In this document: positions 50,650 through 62,624 of the stretch, piece after piece
Layout of the letters: each line of letters starts with the position of its first letter
How positions within the stretch are numbered: position 1 is the first letter of the stretch
From: Pavona decussata
Taxonomy: Eukaryota
NCBI GenBank assembly: GCA_977016875.1
Contig: CDRNST010000130.1
Coordinates: forward strand, 558,001 to 622,000
Length of the DNA: 64,000 nucleotides
Direction: 5' to 3'
Notes under the pieces: generated by a model
The model's database searches: none
Seen by the model: only the letters and a program-made list of their open reading frames with translations
Told to the model about the DNA's origin: nothing
Made by a program: the position numbers and the translations under genes

Positions 50650-52315
50650 TGAATGCGTTGAAGAGTGATTAGATGATTGGGACTAGCAAACGTTTTAGTG
50701 TCGGAGGGATGTTCCTTACGCTGTTTCTTGGCTGGTGGTTGCCTGTCACCCAATTGAATATCCTACAATTAGTTATTACTTAATCTCAGTATAAACCTTA
50801 ACTACTTAGCTGATTATTAAAGTACAAGTGGAGGGAAATTTACTAACAAATGGTCCGTCTTGTAGATTCAGGCAGAATAAAAGTTAAAACAACGTATCTG
50901 TTTTGATTGAAATTTTCTATCTTTTATGCCCATCTTTAACCAGCTTAGCAGGTTCCTTCAATTTATATCAGTTCCCTTGCCACTGAAAGGTTTCAGTTTC
51001 AATTTTAGTTGTTGTCATTGTCTCCCAGCTTCACTGGCCAAACCACACCATCAACAAAAAATTGCATTTGCTGTAACTTGAGTTGGTGCCATCCCTTATA
51101 AAGTTGATTGTGGCAGAACTCATTTGTAAAAAAACTGAGGCAGCCTTCAGAAATACTGCGTTTCTCTACAACTATCTTAGTGTCACTTAAGCATAAAAGC
51201 AGCATTGATCAATTACTTTACACGCTTGGAGGCCCAGCATAACATAACACATAACGTGGAAGACAACCTTTCCCAGAATAGATGTCTTTTTCACCAATGC
51301 ACAGCATTTTTCATAGGAAGTGCGCACAAGTTCAGCCTTCCAGTTATTGTAGCTGTTACCATCATCAAAATGTAACAAGCCACCTCTGTCGCCTTTGCAT
51401 CTGTTGAAAGTTGCTCCGTTCTTGTCCCACATCTTTACAAAGATCTTTTAGAAAGGTTGCTTGTTGATTCTCCCGCATTTTAACACTCAGTCATCAACTC
51501 TGAATTAAAGTTTGATGTGGTGATCATGTAGTCATTAGCCCTAGTCGCCACTTGAGACAGTCAAAGTGACATAAGTCAGCTCCCAAGCATCATCAAGCTC
51601 AGCCCATCCGCTGGCGTGGTTCTCTGTGCCACTCAAAAACTCACCATCACAGTGTACTTGTGGACTTTAGCCATCAGCCATAGTGCTTTGTGTATCCCAC
51701 CCGCTCGACTGTGGACTTTAAGCCATCATTGATGAAGCACTTGTCAATTGCATAAAATCGTCCCCTAAGCAATACATTAAGTGGTCTGCTGTGATTTATT
51801 GTAATTACTTCATCCTCTTCTTCTTTGTGGCTGGACTTGGATCTTTACAGATGTTGTTAGGCGTGCCCTTGTTTTTGACTTTCTTTGCCTGTTCCACAAT
51901 ATCTTTTCCGTCCTCCTTCTTTCCATCCCTATCACCATCCCCATCGCTTTCTTCCTCGTCAGAGAACTGCAAAGAGAGAAAATATGCTTCTTGTAAGATG
52001 ACGACACCTTGTTTGAGGATAAATCTGCGCACAACTTGCCCTCATACTACAACAAACACAGTGCATCACACAATGGGTACATGTCAGGAAGGCATAGTCA
52101 CATTTACGCATGTTGATAGGATAAACCTACAACCACAAGCAAATGAGAAAAGTTCAACACGAAGGCCCTTGAAAACAAATACACTGGCACATGCAATGAA
52201 GGTTTCTACCTATTTCAACAGGTCGAGTGAATAAACCACTTCAACTTGAAGAACAGGCTAGATCCGAACACCAAAGCACCCTAGATCAGCAAAGAACTAC
52301 CCTGACTTTTTTCTA
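50650..52315 (-). repeat. Orphan module X, most complete copy
   Basis: Contains nearly all sub-segments seen in the other copies. Confidence 0.85.
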
Positions 52316-52322
52316 AATTTTA

Positions 52323-52540
52323 TTACATCCTAGTAGTGGAATCTTTTGACAGATCAAGCAATGATGCCATTGCAAAAAATGGCAACGTTTCGGCCTTGAA
52401 CATGGTGGTCTTTTTCCACACACTTTTCTCTCCTGCAGCCTTCCCATTATTTGTCGCCCACTCAATCATGAGGTCTTTCTCCTGCCTATTTAACTCACTT
52501 CTTGCCTTTAGATGCTTGTAGCTTTTGCATGGCATTTAGT
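52323..52540 (-). pseudogene. Transposon-like protein fragment
   Basis: EWATNNGKA....V.K.TTMFKAETLP resembles the GK.VRQRTVRQETTMFKAGTLP motif of repetitive invertebrate elements, from memory. Confidence 0.35.
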
Positions 52541-53997
52541 GGAGTGCTCTGGCGCAACACAGGATACCATGATTTATCGTGTGCGTAGTATTAGGCACTC
52601 AAGGGTACTACACATTTAATCCTTTTGTATACGAAGATTAAGATAAGAACGTTTCCTCCAATGTCATAAACTGATGGAGGATTGTTCCTCAGTTCTTTTT
52701 TAATCATTTGACCCTCACATCTCTTGTGAGGAAATTGAAATTTTCTATCTTTCATGTCCATCTTTGACCAGCCTAGCAGGTTCCTTCGGTTCTCTTCCCA
52801 CTGAAAGGTTTCAATTTCAATTTCATTGGTTCCCGTTGTCTCCCATCTTCACTGGCCTAACCACACCATGAACAAAAATTTGCTTTTGGTGTTACTTGAG
52901 TTAGCTCCATCCCTTATGAAGTTCATCATGGGAGAACTCCTTTGTAAAAAACCTAAAGCGGCCTACAAAATAAACTGCGTTTCTCTACAAGCATCTTATT
53001 GTCACTTAAGCATAAAAGCAGCTTTGATCAATAATTCTACATGCTTGGAGGCCCAACATAACAGAACAAATAGTGTGGAAGACAACCATTCCCAGATTAG
53101 GCGTCCTTTCTTACCTATGGACAGCGTTTCTCATAGGAAGTGTGCACAAATTCACCCTTCCAGTTATTGTAGCTGTTACTGTCATCAAAATGTAACAAGC
53201 CACTTCTGTCGCCTTTGCGTTTGTTGAAAGTTGATCCGTTCTTGTCCCACATTTTTACAAAAATTTTTTAGAAAGGATGCTTGTTAATTCTCCCGCATCT
53301 TAACGCTATTTCATCAACTCTGAGTTAAAGTTTGATGTTTTCCTCACATAGTCATCAGCAACTCATTGTCGTTTGAGACAGCCAAAGTTACCCAAGTCAG
53401 TTCCCAAGCATCATCAAGCTCAGACCATCCACGGGCGTGGTTCTCTGTGCCACTCACAGTGTACTTGGGAACGTCATCCATAGTGCTTTGTGTATCCCAC
53501 CCACTCGACTGTGGACTTAAAGCCTCAGGGTTGGATTGAAAAGGGGTTTTCCCCTTAAATGACGCGTTTAAATTAAATCTCTACATGGAACAGAAATCCA
53601 CCTGCGCGTGATGCGATTAGCATCTGAATCGCCCGCATCGCCAGTTATGTTGTTTAGTTTACATTCCCACACCAATTGTTTTAGGGTCTCGAAACAAACA
53701 GCTTGGTGCGCAGCGCAATTGAGGGTGATCCGGGCACTTTGAAACATCTTTTTGTCTCACAGTCCGGCTTGGCACCATGTAACTGTTATTTTTGGTGCCC
53801 CCCCCCCCCCCCGAAACAAACTTTTTTATGCAACAGGCGCTTTGGACTTCAGTTGCATAGAAAATGTGACGTCACGCCACAGCTGTAGCGTTTTTGTGGC
53901 TAACTTTGTTCAAACCCAAGGAGTTGCTACTATGATAAAAGATATATCCATAACAACAACACAAACAGCTTTGCATACGGGCATTACAACGAAAGAT

Positions 53998-54630
53998 TCA
54001 TTTAAGATATTTTTCATTACTGTTACATATAGTAACAATTACTTGCCAGTTGGTACCAAAAAAGCGAATTGGTAGGTTTGAATTCATTAATTTATTATAT
54101 TCCAGTGCTAAATTGTGAAGCTTAAAAAAATAAGCATGAGCTTGTGAATAATCGGTGAGCTTTAAGAATTGAGACATCTTCTTGGCACTGATCTCTCTAA
54201 GGCACTGGAAGACTTGTCCCTTCAATCATGAGAAGTAAATTTTTTTTTTCTCCCATCAGCTTCTGCTTCATCAAGTGTTATTAGTGTTTTGAGAGATGTA
54301 TCTTCATTGTCTACATTTCTATGTCAGGATAATTTTCCAAGGTTTTTGTTCTTTAACACTCTCCATCAATCTTCTCTTTATGTTTTCCATATTTTTTGGT
54401 TTTTGATTACGTTTCTGTACCATAGGAGATTCTTCTTCGATCGTAGATCCCTCTTCCATCACAGGGTCAGGCTCAGAAACTTTCATCAAATCAGGTAATA
54501 CAAATTCAGCGGTCAATTCCCGATAACCTTGAAAGAAATCTGCGAGAACTGCATCAATATTTCCTTTCTTAATCAATCCAACCAACTGTACAAATCCATC
54601 TCTGAAATGTGTAAACCTTTCCTTAGCCAT
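53998..54630 (-). pseudogene. Polinton-type accessory helical ORF relic (homologue of 63730-64000)
   Basis: YFS*LKGQVF..YSQAHAYF..LHNLALEYNKLMNSNLPIRFF.TNWQVIVTIC aligns with WFASRQGQLL..FTTRYCNFLITLYELFGEYPRLCYCAVSIRTFMSNMKIIREIC. Confidence 0.6.
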
Positions 54631-54663
54631 GTTGGTGAGAATAGAGTGAATGTGTTTCTTAGT

Positions 54664-56290
54664 GCCGGGTCACACTAGAGCTAATTTTGTTTATTCAAGT
54701 GATAAACTGTCAACACGCACTGGAAAATAAGTTCCAGCTCACGTTTCCAAAACTTGCCAATTTTTCGCAGATTGCAAAAATTTTGCCACTCCTCAAAGAT
54801 GAAAACGTGCTGCCTCAGAGGCGACCAAATTTTGGCCAGCGGCCGATTTTGTTTGTACAGCAATAAAGCTGTCATTCACTGTAGTCATTTAAATGCACTG
54901 CTGTGCAATGCTTTTAATGTATTGGGTTTCTGTATTTTAACGCGTGGGCCATGGCAGGAGGAAATAATTCTTTTTCTAGTCTTTTAGCATTTCATCGCAA
55001 AGAACAGTATTCAGCATATGGCGCAAATTTCTATAACTCATATCCTGGGTAGATCTGAGCCAGGGTCTGAACGATTTGTACTGGAAGCAATTTAGCGTAG
55101 AGCAACAAAGCCATGCCTCAAGCATGTCAAGTTCAAGTTCTCCATCAAGTTCACAACCAATCACCCTGGCCGAAGCAAGTACTAGCAGCATTCCTGACCC
55201 ATTAGAGCGGAGCAAGAAAGGCAAAAAAGAAAAGTATGACACCTGGGCTTAAGCTGAGCAACGACTGCTTGTTCAGTTGTGGGCCGAAAACCATGAGTGG
55301 CTTGAGAGCAGAGAGTCACGAATGGCATGGCGGAAAATCTGTGAAGATCTAAACCCTTGCATGAAATCAAACAAAACGGTTGAGAAGTGAATGAAAAAAT
55401 CAAGTATTTAATAGAACATTATAAACAAGCAAAGGAATAGAATAGGAAGCAAACTGGAGGGTTGAAGAAGAAAAGCCTGTTTTACGACTAAATTTATGCC
55501 GTCCTAGGTTGCCGAGACATTGTCACCTAAACCAATGTGTCTGAGGCAGGGACTACAAGCAAAGGTTCTAGTACTTTAGACACATCAGACAGCAGTGCTT
55601 CCTTTGATCATCATCCAGATGATCAATCTAGAAAGCCTAACAATGATGAAGGAGAGAGAAAGAAACAGGAGGCAAGAATAGGACAGGAAGAAAGCAAAGA
55701 AAAGATTTTGTGCAGAGTTAGAGGAGGATGAGGAAGAGGAATGACGGGAGTTCCAAGAAAGCATGGATAGTTTTAAAAAATGCTGCGAAAATTTGAATAC
55801 CTTTGTGGAAACGTTCTCAGAAACCCAGCAACAGCAAATGGGTATGATGAGTCAATGTATTGGCGCTATGACAATTTATGAATAAGAACTCTGGGTCATC
55901 TTCTTCCAAATGAGCGATAAAGCTGGACTCTGGCTTATTTTGTTTACGTACACTGGCGTTCTGCATTTAGTTGAAATATATATATTTTTATAGCCAGGGA
56001 TTGACTGTGCGAAATGTTAGTTCCAGGTACTGTTGGGCAAAAATACTTATGAAGAATTTTGATATGGATATACTGTACAAGATAATATCGTGTAATTGGT
56101 AATGCAATTCGTGTTGTAACATTGTAGAATCATTTCATGATGTAAACAATGAAAAGAACATTTTCCTGATTGACAAACACAGTATGCAATTTAACACAAT
56201 CGCTGAGACTTAAAATGTCTTTATTTATTAATTAAACATAAACTAGTGATTGCAATGTAGCATGTTATTAACCATTGAAAATATATCAGA
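54664..56290 (+). mobile_element. PIF/Harbinger-like relic with Myb/SANT (trihelix) gene at ~55124-55910
   Basis: YDTWA*AEQRLLVQLWAEN..LESRESRMAWRKI..KTVEK..KK.KYLIE.YK.AK..NRKQTGG..S.FYD.I.AVLG.RD; TIR-like GCCGGGTCACACTAG at 54664. Confidence 0.7.
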
Positions 56291-56314
56291 ACAGTAACGC
56301 AACTGGTTTTTTTT

Positions 56315-59300
56315 GGTGTGTCGTTTAGGCTTTTAGGCCTTAATTGGTTGCATGAGCTGTTATTTTTTCTTTTATTTGTTTGAATTGATTTTAAAATTTT
56401 TGTTGTTTTTGGTAGGTTTTTAAAATTTTATATTTGGTTTTGTGCCTGAACCGCGGCATAAACCGAGCTACCTAATATAGCGGTCTCAGGGATTCAAATA
56501 CAATGGAAAAGGCATAAAAAGGTAAATAAGGATTGGTGTCTAAAAACACTAAACATACAAGAAAAAAGAATGTAAAGAAAGAAACCAAAGCTACGTGTGA
56601 CAAAAAAATAAGTAAAAGAAAGTAACGTAGCTAATAATGGCTCCCTCCCTCCAAAAAAAAAAACTCCAGTGCCATTAAAAAGGGTTGGAAAAGTACTATG
56701 CGTGGCGCAGACAGTTTTTGGCGAGCATGCACAAAACTGCTGATATGAATAGCGTGGAAAGTCCTCTTGTCCGTTGATGAACAAATCATGTATAATATCA
56801 TTGAATGTGGTTGATGTAGTGGGTTGGCGTTGGTTAATGACATCTTTAAGTTTAGTAAGGCGCTGGGTGAGAGTGCGGTCAATACTGTCAGTATAACAGC
56901 CAGTGTGTCTCATCAGAGATGACTGATTGTAGCACAGTTTCTCACTCACCAGGCCCTAGGTCAAACTTGTCCAAACAGTCCTATCCCTCGCGTCTGGATT
57001 CGTAATTGCGGTAGTAATCCCAGTTGCCAAGGTATTCGTTTTCATCAAGTTCACTTGTATACTCTTCAAATTGGCTGTTGGGTACTGTGGCATCCAAGCA
57101 CTGTTCGGATTACTATTATATATTTTTACAACATTGTTTAAAAGTGTTAGAAAAAAAAGCCTTCACTTCAAAACTGTTTAAATATTAAAGTTTCAATCAG
57201 TCAAATTAAACTCAAACTCAAACTCATATTTTTATCAGAAAAACTATGATAACACGTTCATGGCTGAATAGAGTTGACAATGAACAAAGGCTATTCAAAT
57301 AAAAAACATACCGTGAACACAATTCGAAGCAACGCACATCAACTCAGGAGCTTTGAGCTTAACAAAGTGTCATTGTCTTCCTTCAACGATAAAAGGTATA
57401 TATCGGATGGTATAAAATCATATGCTTATGGTCATAAAATAAAGAATAATGAAATGTAAGTAAAAGTCTAAACGTCCAACATTTCTTGAGTCATCTTCGT
57501 GTGATCGTTTTGTGGCTGCTGAGGGGTTTCTGTGAGCTCTTTGCTGGTGTAAATGAAATGGAGCCATTTTGTGAAAGACTTTTTCACAGGTAGAAAATTT
57601 GTATTCTCACTGAACTGCTCGCTTTTTGTACGCCTGTTGCTCATGTCTTTGATCCACTTGATACCTGGATTCTCCACCACTTGTACTGACACGGAGATTC
57701 TCTGCGGATCTTCGCTTGCTTGGCGAGAGGCACGCCAGTACTTAGGGATCTTTAGTACACGTTCTTTTTAACAGCTCAAAAGCAACAACATCCTTTATTT
57801 AGCTCAACTCCAAACTAATAACTGTCACTATATTCCTTTTATGGACACTTGCCCAGGAAGTTACTTAATCTGATGACACATTGTTTAGATCAGCATTAAT
57901 TTACAAATCTTGGTGAGAATTATGGTGCACAGAACCAATAGAACACACCATATGTGACTCAGCAAAACGTAAGTAATAATTTAGCAAGCGTTAGTTAGGT
58001 TCATTGTTTTACGGAGTAGCATAGTTAATTAGACGGCAGTTAAGGCAGATTTGGAGCTGTGAACAACTCAATGAAGGGTAAAATTATAACACGAATTAGC
58101 ACCGATCTAATAGCGTTGTTAGTTCAAAGTTAAGGGGAAAGAGAAGGCGACTAATACAACAGGTATAAGCATGTGGGGAAGTTTTCCCGTGCAAGTTAAG
58201 TTTCAGGTGCTTTCCATTGGTTCTGTTTTTAAAAGATAAAATCAACAATAATTATTCCATCCCACAAGGTACAATCATATGGTCAAGTAGGCACTGGATA
58301 ACAAGGGTTTTGAATCACTTTTTACAAATATACAATACAAAAAGTTTAAACTTACCCCATCATGGGTGGGGTCTGGCCTATCAACCAGGCATTCGGGATG
58401 ATTTCCCTCACCACTCTCTTCAGGGTGGGAGGGAAAACATACGTCCGTTGACACCCAACCTCTGCCCCAAGGGTGCACCCACTTCCAAACCGTACAAGAA
58501 AAAGAAAGAATATTAATTGACGAGAGCGATTCTAGAACACCGAGCCACTTATTTACATATCTCTCAACGCTATAAAAACAAAAGGAACCATTGTTATTCA
58601 ATGACATGCAAATACGTGGCCAGGTATTCTACAGTTCAGCCAAAAAAAGCTGTTATTATTGTTCTACAATAAAAGATGTGATCGGTCGATAAAATGCCTA
58701 AAGAAGATAAAATGAAAAAAAGCTTGTTGGTTTCAAGCAAAGATCACACGCATAAAAGACACTAACAATAGCACCATCGTGTTATGCCTTGTGCTACAAA
58801 GCATTCCAACACACGTATAGTAAATGAGGTGGACCAAAGTGTGTCCTATAATCGCTCCCAATACAAGAAAGATGAAATGACTGAGAAGAACTACATGCTT
58901 GAGTTTCCACCTACCCACACCTTTGCCCACAAATTCCGGTAGAGCTGTGCTCGGCCCGTGTGCGGCGTTTCATTTGGTTTGAGAGTGAACCTTTCTAAAC
59001 GGTTCACAAGTCCCTCCGGAACTCTAAATCTGTGTAAAATGCAGGATTTGCCGGTCAAAATACTCAAAATAATTATTAATACATGCAAGGGAATTTCATC
59101 TAACTTACCCATTCTGTATTTTGGAATGGTAACAAACAAGGTGTGATCCATGGCATCTTGCACAACAATTTGATCAGCGGAGGAGGCCTGACTGGACTTT
59201 AGCAGGAACAAAAGCACTCTGCCCTTTCATTAGGGAGATGTTGGAGGTAGTGGCCGGGATGCGGGAGGGGAAGTGTCTGCTAGCACTGCTTTTGATTAGA

Positions 59301-60800
59301 AATTTGTTGGTGTTTCCGCTACAAGAAAGGACATGAGTCAAAAAATGCATAAAAGCAGTCTTGAAATAGGGTTCCAGATGCCAAGAGTTGTGCCATAATA
59401 GTTGTTTGTCGAGCTCGGGCACTTTAAGGTTAAAACCCAGTGTGAATGCGTTGGTGAGTGATTAGATGATTGAAACGAGTGAACATTCTACCACAAGTGT
59501 CAGAGCGATGTTCCTTGTGCTGTTTCTTGGCTGGTGGTTGCCCGTCACCTATTTGAATATCCTACAATTAGTTATTGCCTAATTTTAGTATAAATCCTGA
59601 CTATTTAGCTGATTTATAAAGTACATGTGAAGGGAAATTTACTAACAAACGGTCTGTCTTGTAGATTCAGGCAGAATAAGAGTTAAAACAACTTTTCTAT
59701 CTTTTATGTCCATCTTTAACCTGCCTAGCAGGTTCCTTTTATATTGGTTCCCTTCCCACTGAAAGTTTTCAATTTAAATTTCATTAGTTCCAGTTGTCTC
59801 CCAGCTTCACTGGCCTAACCACACCATCAACAGAAAACTGCATTTGCTGTAACTTTAGTTGGCGCTATCCCTTATGAAGTTTACTATAGGAGAACTCAAT
59901 TGTAAAAAAACTGATGCAGCCTACAATAAAAACTGCGTTTGTCTACAAGCATCTAATGGTCACTTAAGTATACAGGAAGCATTGATCAATTACTCTACAC
60001 ACTTGGAGGCCCAGCATAACATAACACATGATGTGGAAGACGACCATTCTTAGAATAGACATCTTTTTCAACCATGCACAGCGTTTCTCGTAGGAAGTAT
60101 GAAAGTTCATTCTTCCAGTTATTGTAGCTGTTACTGACATCAAAATGTAACCAGCCACCTACGTTGCCTTTGCATTTGTTGAAAGTTGCTCAGTTCTTGT
60201 ACCACATCTTTACAATGATCTTTTAGAAAGGATGCTCGTTGATTCTCCTACATCTTAACACAGTCAGTCATCAACTGTGAATTAGTGTGATGTGGTCATC
60301 ATTTTTTTTTATCAGCCGTCCTCTCTTTTGAGACGGCCAAAGTGTCACAAGTCAGCTCCCAAGCTTATCAAGCTCAGCCCATCCCTAGCCGTGATTCTCT
60401 GTGCCACTTAAAAACTCACCATCACAGTGCACTTGTGGACTTAAGCCATTATTGATAGTGCTTTGTGTATCCCGCCCACTCTACTGTGGACTTAATGCCA
60501 TCATCAATGAGAAGTCTGTTGAACTTTGGCTCATCTCGGGAGCAATACAATAAGTGGCCTGCTGTGATTTATCGCAGTAACTTTGTTCTCTTCTTCTTAG
60601 TGGCTGGACGTGGATCTTTAGAGATGTTGTAAGTCGTGCTCTGAATTATTATTGGCCAAACAAGAGGTATTCAGAATTGATAAAGTCATTAGGGGAAATT
60701 ATGAGAAGAAACAAGCCTTGGTGAAGTGGAAGGGATACATTGATGACCTCAATTCTTGGGTTCCATTGAATGATTTATGAAACAATATAAGATTATAATG
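56315..60800. repeat. Segmental duplication, block B
   Basis: Colinear with 22590-23822 plus 25975-30480. Confidence 0.85.
57274..57459 (+). pseudogene. pPolB C-terminal relic
   Basis: NTIRSNAHQLRSFELNKVSLSSFNDKRYISDGIKSYAYGHKI. Confidence 0.85.
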
Positions 60801-60879
60801 TGTAATATAAAATTGAGTAACAACAGAAAAAACTTCTGTCTTTACCTTCCTTTGCTGGCCAGAAATATTGATTGTTTCT

Positions 60880-61056
60880 NNNNNNNNNNNNNNNNNNNNN
60901 NNNNNNNNNNNNNNNNNNNNNNNNNNNNNNNNNNNNNNNNNNNNNNNNNNNNNNNNNNNNNNNNNNNNNNNNNNNNNNNNNNNNNNNNNNNNNNNNNNNN
61001 NNNNNNNNNNNNNNNNNNNNNNNNNNNNNNNNNNNNNNNNNNNNNNNNNNNNNNNN
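60880..61056. other. Assembly gap
   Basis: Run of N. Confidence 1.
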
Positions 61057-61181
61057 TATATATGAAGCTCATTGAGTCTGTCGAATATTGGTCCAAAGCA
61101 TTATTTGTGGTAGCATTCTTTGTCATCAGAATTGTTTTGTGATTGATATAAAGATTTGTTTTCTATGTCTAATATATAGTA

Positions 61182-61385
61182 ATGAAAAGAGGACCAAAAC
61201 CAAAATATCATACTGAAGCTGTTTTCATAAATGGTTATAAACAGACTAAAAATTCATCGATGTCTAACACTTTATGGGTTTGCGATGTATGTCACAGAGG
61301 CTATGGTATGTGGAGGAAAACCAATCATTTAAGAACAAACAACCATATTAAAGAGGCTGCAAAAGTAAATGATACCAGTGCTTAA
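61182..61385 (+). CDS. Small zinc-finger ORF, probably a Polinton accessory gene
   Basis: ATG-to-stop 67 aa with WVCDVC..K.NHLRT..H; lies upstream of the second PLA2X-integrase copy. Confidence 0.5.
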   Translation: MKRGPKPKYHTEAVFINGYKQTKNSSMSNTLWVCDVCHRGYGMWRKTNHLRTNNHIKEAAKVNDTSA

Positions 61386-61475
61386 TAGCATAATATAATC
61401 CAAATGAATGGATTTTTTGTTTGAATAAAAAAATCTGTCACTGCATGATATTATATAAAGGAAAATATAGGGAGA

Positions 61476-61749
61476 TGTAAAAAATCAACCGTAAGAGGAC
61501 ACAGCAAAAATCTGAGCTCCAGATGGGATTGGAACCCACGACCCTCCATGTTCTAGATCGGATACTCTAACCTCTGAGCTACTAAAGACTCGTTGGCGAG
61601 CAAGGGTCATTTTTGTGGGTCGGACTTACGAACCGCATCACGCGGTCACGTGGTCCATTACAAGCAGCACATTAAGGCTTAACTGCATCATGCAGTCACA
61701 TTAATCGCAAGAAATGTCTCGCCCATGAAGCCTCCAACTAACCAACCTA
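61476..61749 (-). mobile_element. tRNA-derived SINE-like repeat
   Basis: Minus strand has an A box TAGCTCAGAGGTTAGAG and a B box GGTTCCAATCC (~61505-61590); flanked by a ~38-bp direct repeat. Confidence 0.7.
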
Positions 61750-61805
61750 TGTCACTGCATGATATTATATAAAGGAAAATACAGGGATAATATAAAATAC
61801 CTGAA

Positions 61806-62155
61806 CTCTTCCAGGACACAAATATACTGGTCCATACAATGATTAGGAGAATCAAGAAAAATGGGATCCAAAAACTGGACAAATATTGGAAATATATGAC
61901 AAATCAACTGGCAAAACTGATGCAATAGCCATGCAACATGACGTTAATTATTCTGTCCGCAAAGATGACAAACAATGCAAAAACAAAGCTGATAAAAAGA
62001 TGGTGCAAGCATTGGATAATGTGCCATATAATGAGCGTCAGTGGGGTCATTGGTTGGCTTAAAATATGATAAATACAAAACAGAAACTGGGTGTTGGGGT
62101 TCCAAAAAACGTCAAATGCCCTCGGGTAAAGAGGAAAACTGGCAAGAAAAATTAG
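61806..62155 (+). pseudogene. PLA2X copy 2 (PLA2 domain only)
   Basis: TLPGHKYTGPYND*..DAIAMQHDVNY..QWGHWLA*NMINTKQKLGVGVPKNVKCPRVKRKTGKKN*. Confidence 0.88.
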
Positions 62156-62624
62156 CCAATGAGCTGCATAAACCGATAAAGCGTAACTTTACTCGGCGGC
62201 GTGTTATTGTAAATAATATTGAAGAAATATGGGCTGCTGATCTTGTTGAAATGCAACAATTCAGTTGATGGAATAAAGGTAACAAGTATCTTCTCATGGT
62301 TATAGACGTTTTCAGCAAATACGGCTGGATTGTCCCATTAGAAGATAAAAAAGGTGAAATTGTAACTAAAGCATTTTAAAGCATATTCAAAGAGGGTCGA
62401 AAACCAGAGTATCTGTGGACTGGTAAAGGCTCAGAGTTCTACAACAAACATTTTAAAGACTTGCTCAATAAACATAACATAACACTGTATTCGATTGAAA
62501 ATGAAGAAAAATCATCAGTGGTAGAGTGTTGGAATCAAACAATTAAAAATAAAATGTGGAAGCAATTCACGGTCCGAGGCAATACACTGTATTTGGATAT
62601 ATTGCCTGAAATATTGAAACAGTA
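62104..62624 (+). pseudogene. Polinton integrase copy 2, truncated
   Basis: NWQEKLANELHKPIKRNFTRRRVIVNNIEEIWAADLVEMQQFS*..; homology to copy 1 stops at 62624. Confidence 0.92.

Noticed and set aside
29095-60640. Alternative genetic code (TAA/TAG = Gln) explaining shared stops
   Set aside because: Shared stops include TGA and AAG>TAG changes, and frameshifts also occur. Inheritance from already-dead copies explains them.
60777-61142. ORFs spanning the N run
   Set aside because: Artefacts of the assembly gap.
61505-61590. Functional tRNA gene
   Set aside because: A and B boxes are present, but the acceptor stem is poor and the sequence sits inside a repeat; SINE-like.
4212-62624. One intact Polinton spanning the window
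   Set aside because: No capsid, packaging ATPase or protease was recognised; the pieces are redundant, on both strands and disrupted.
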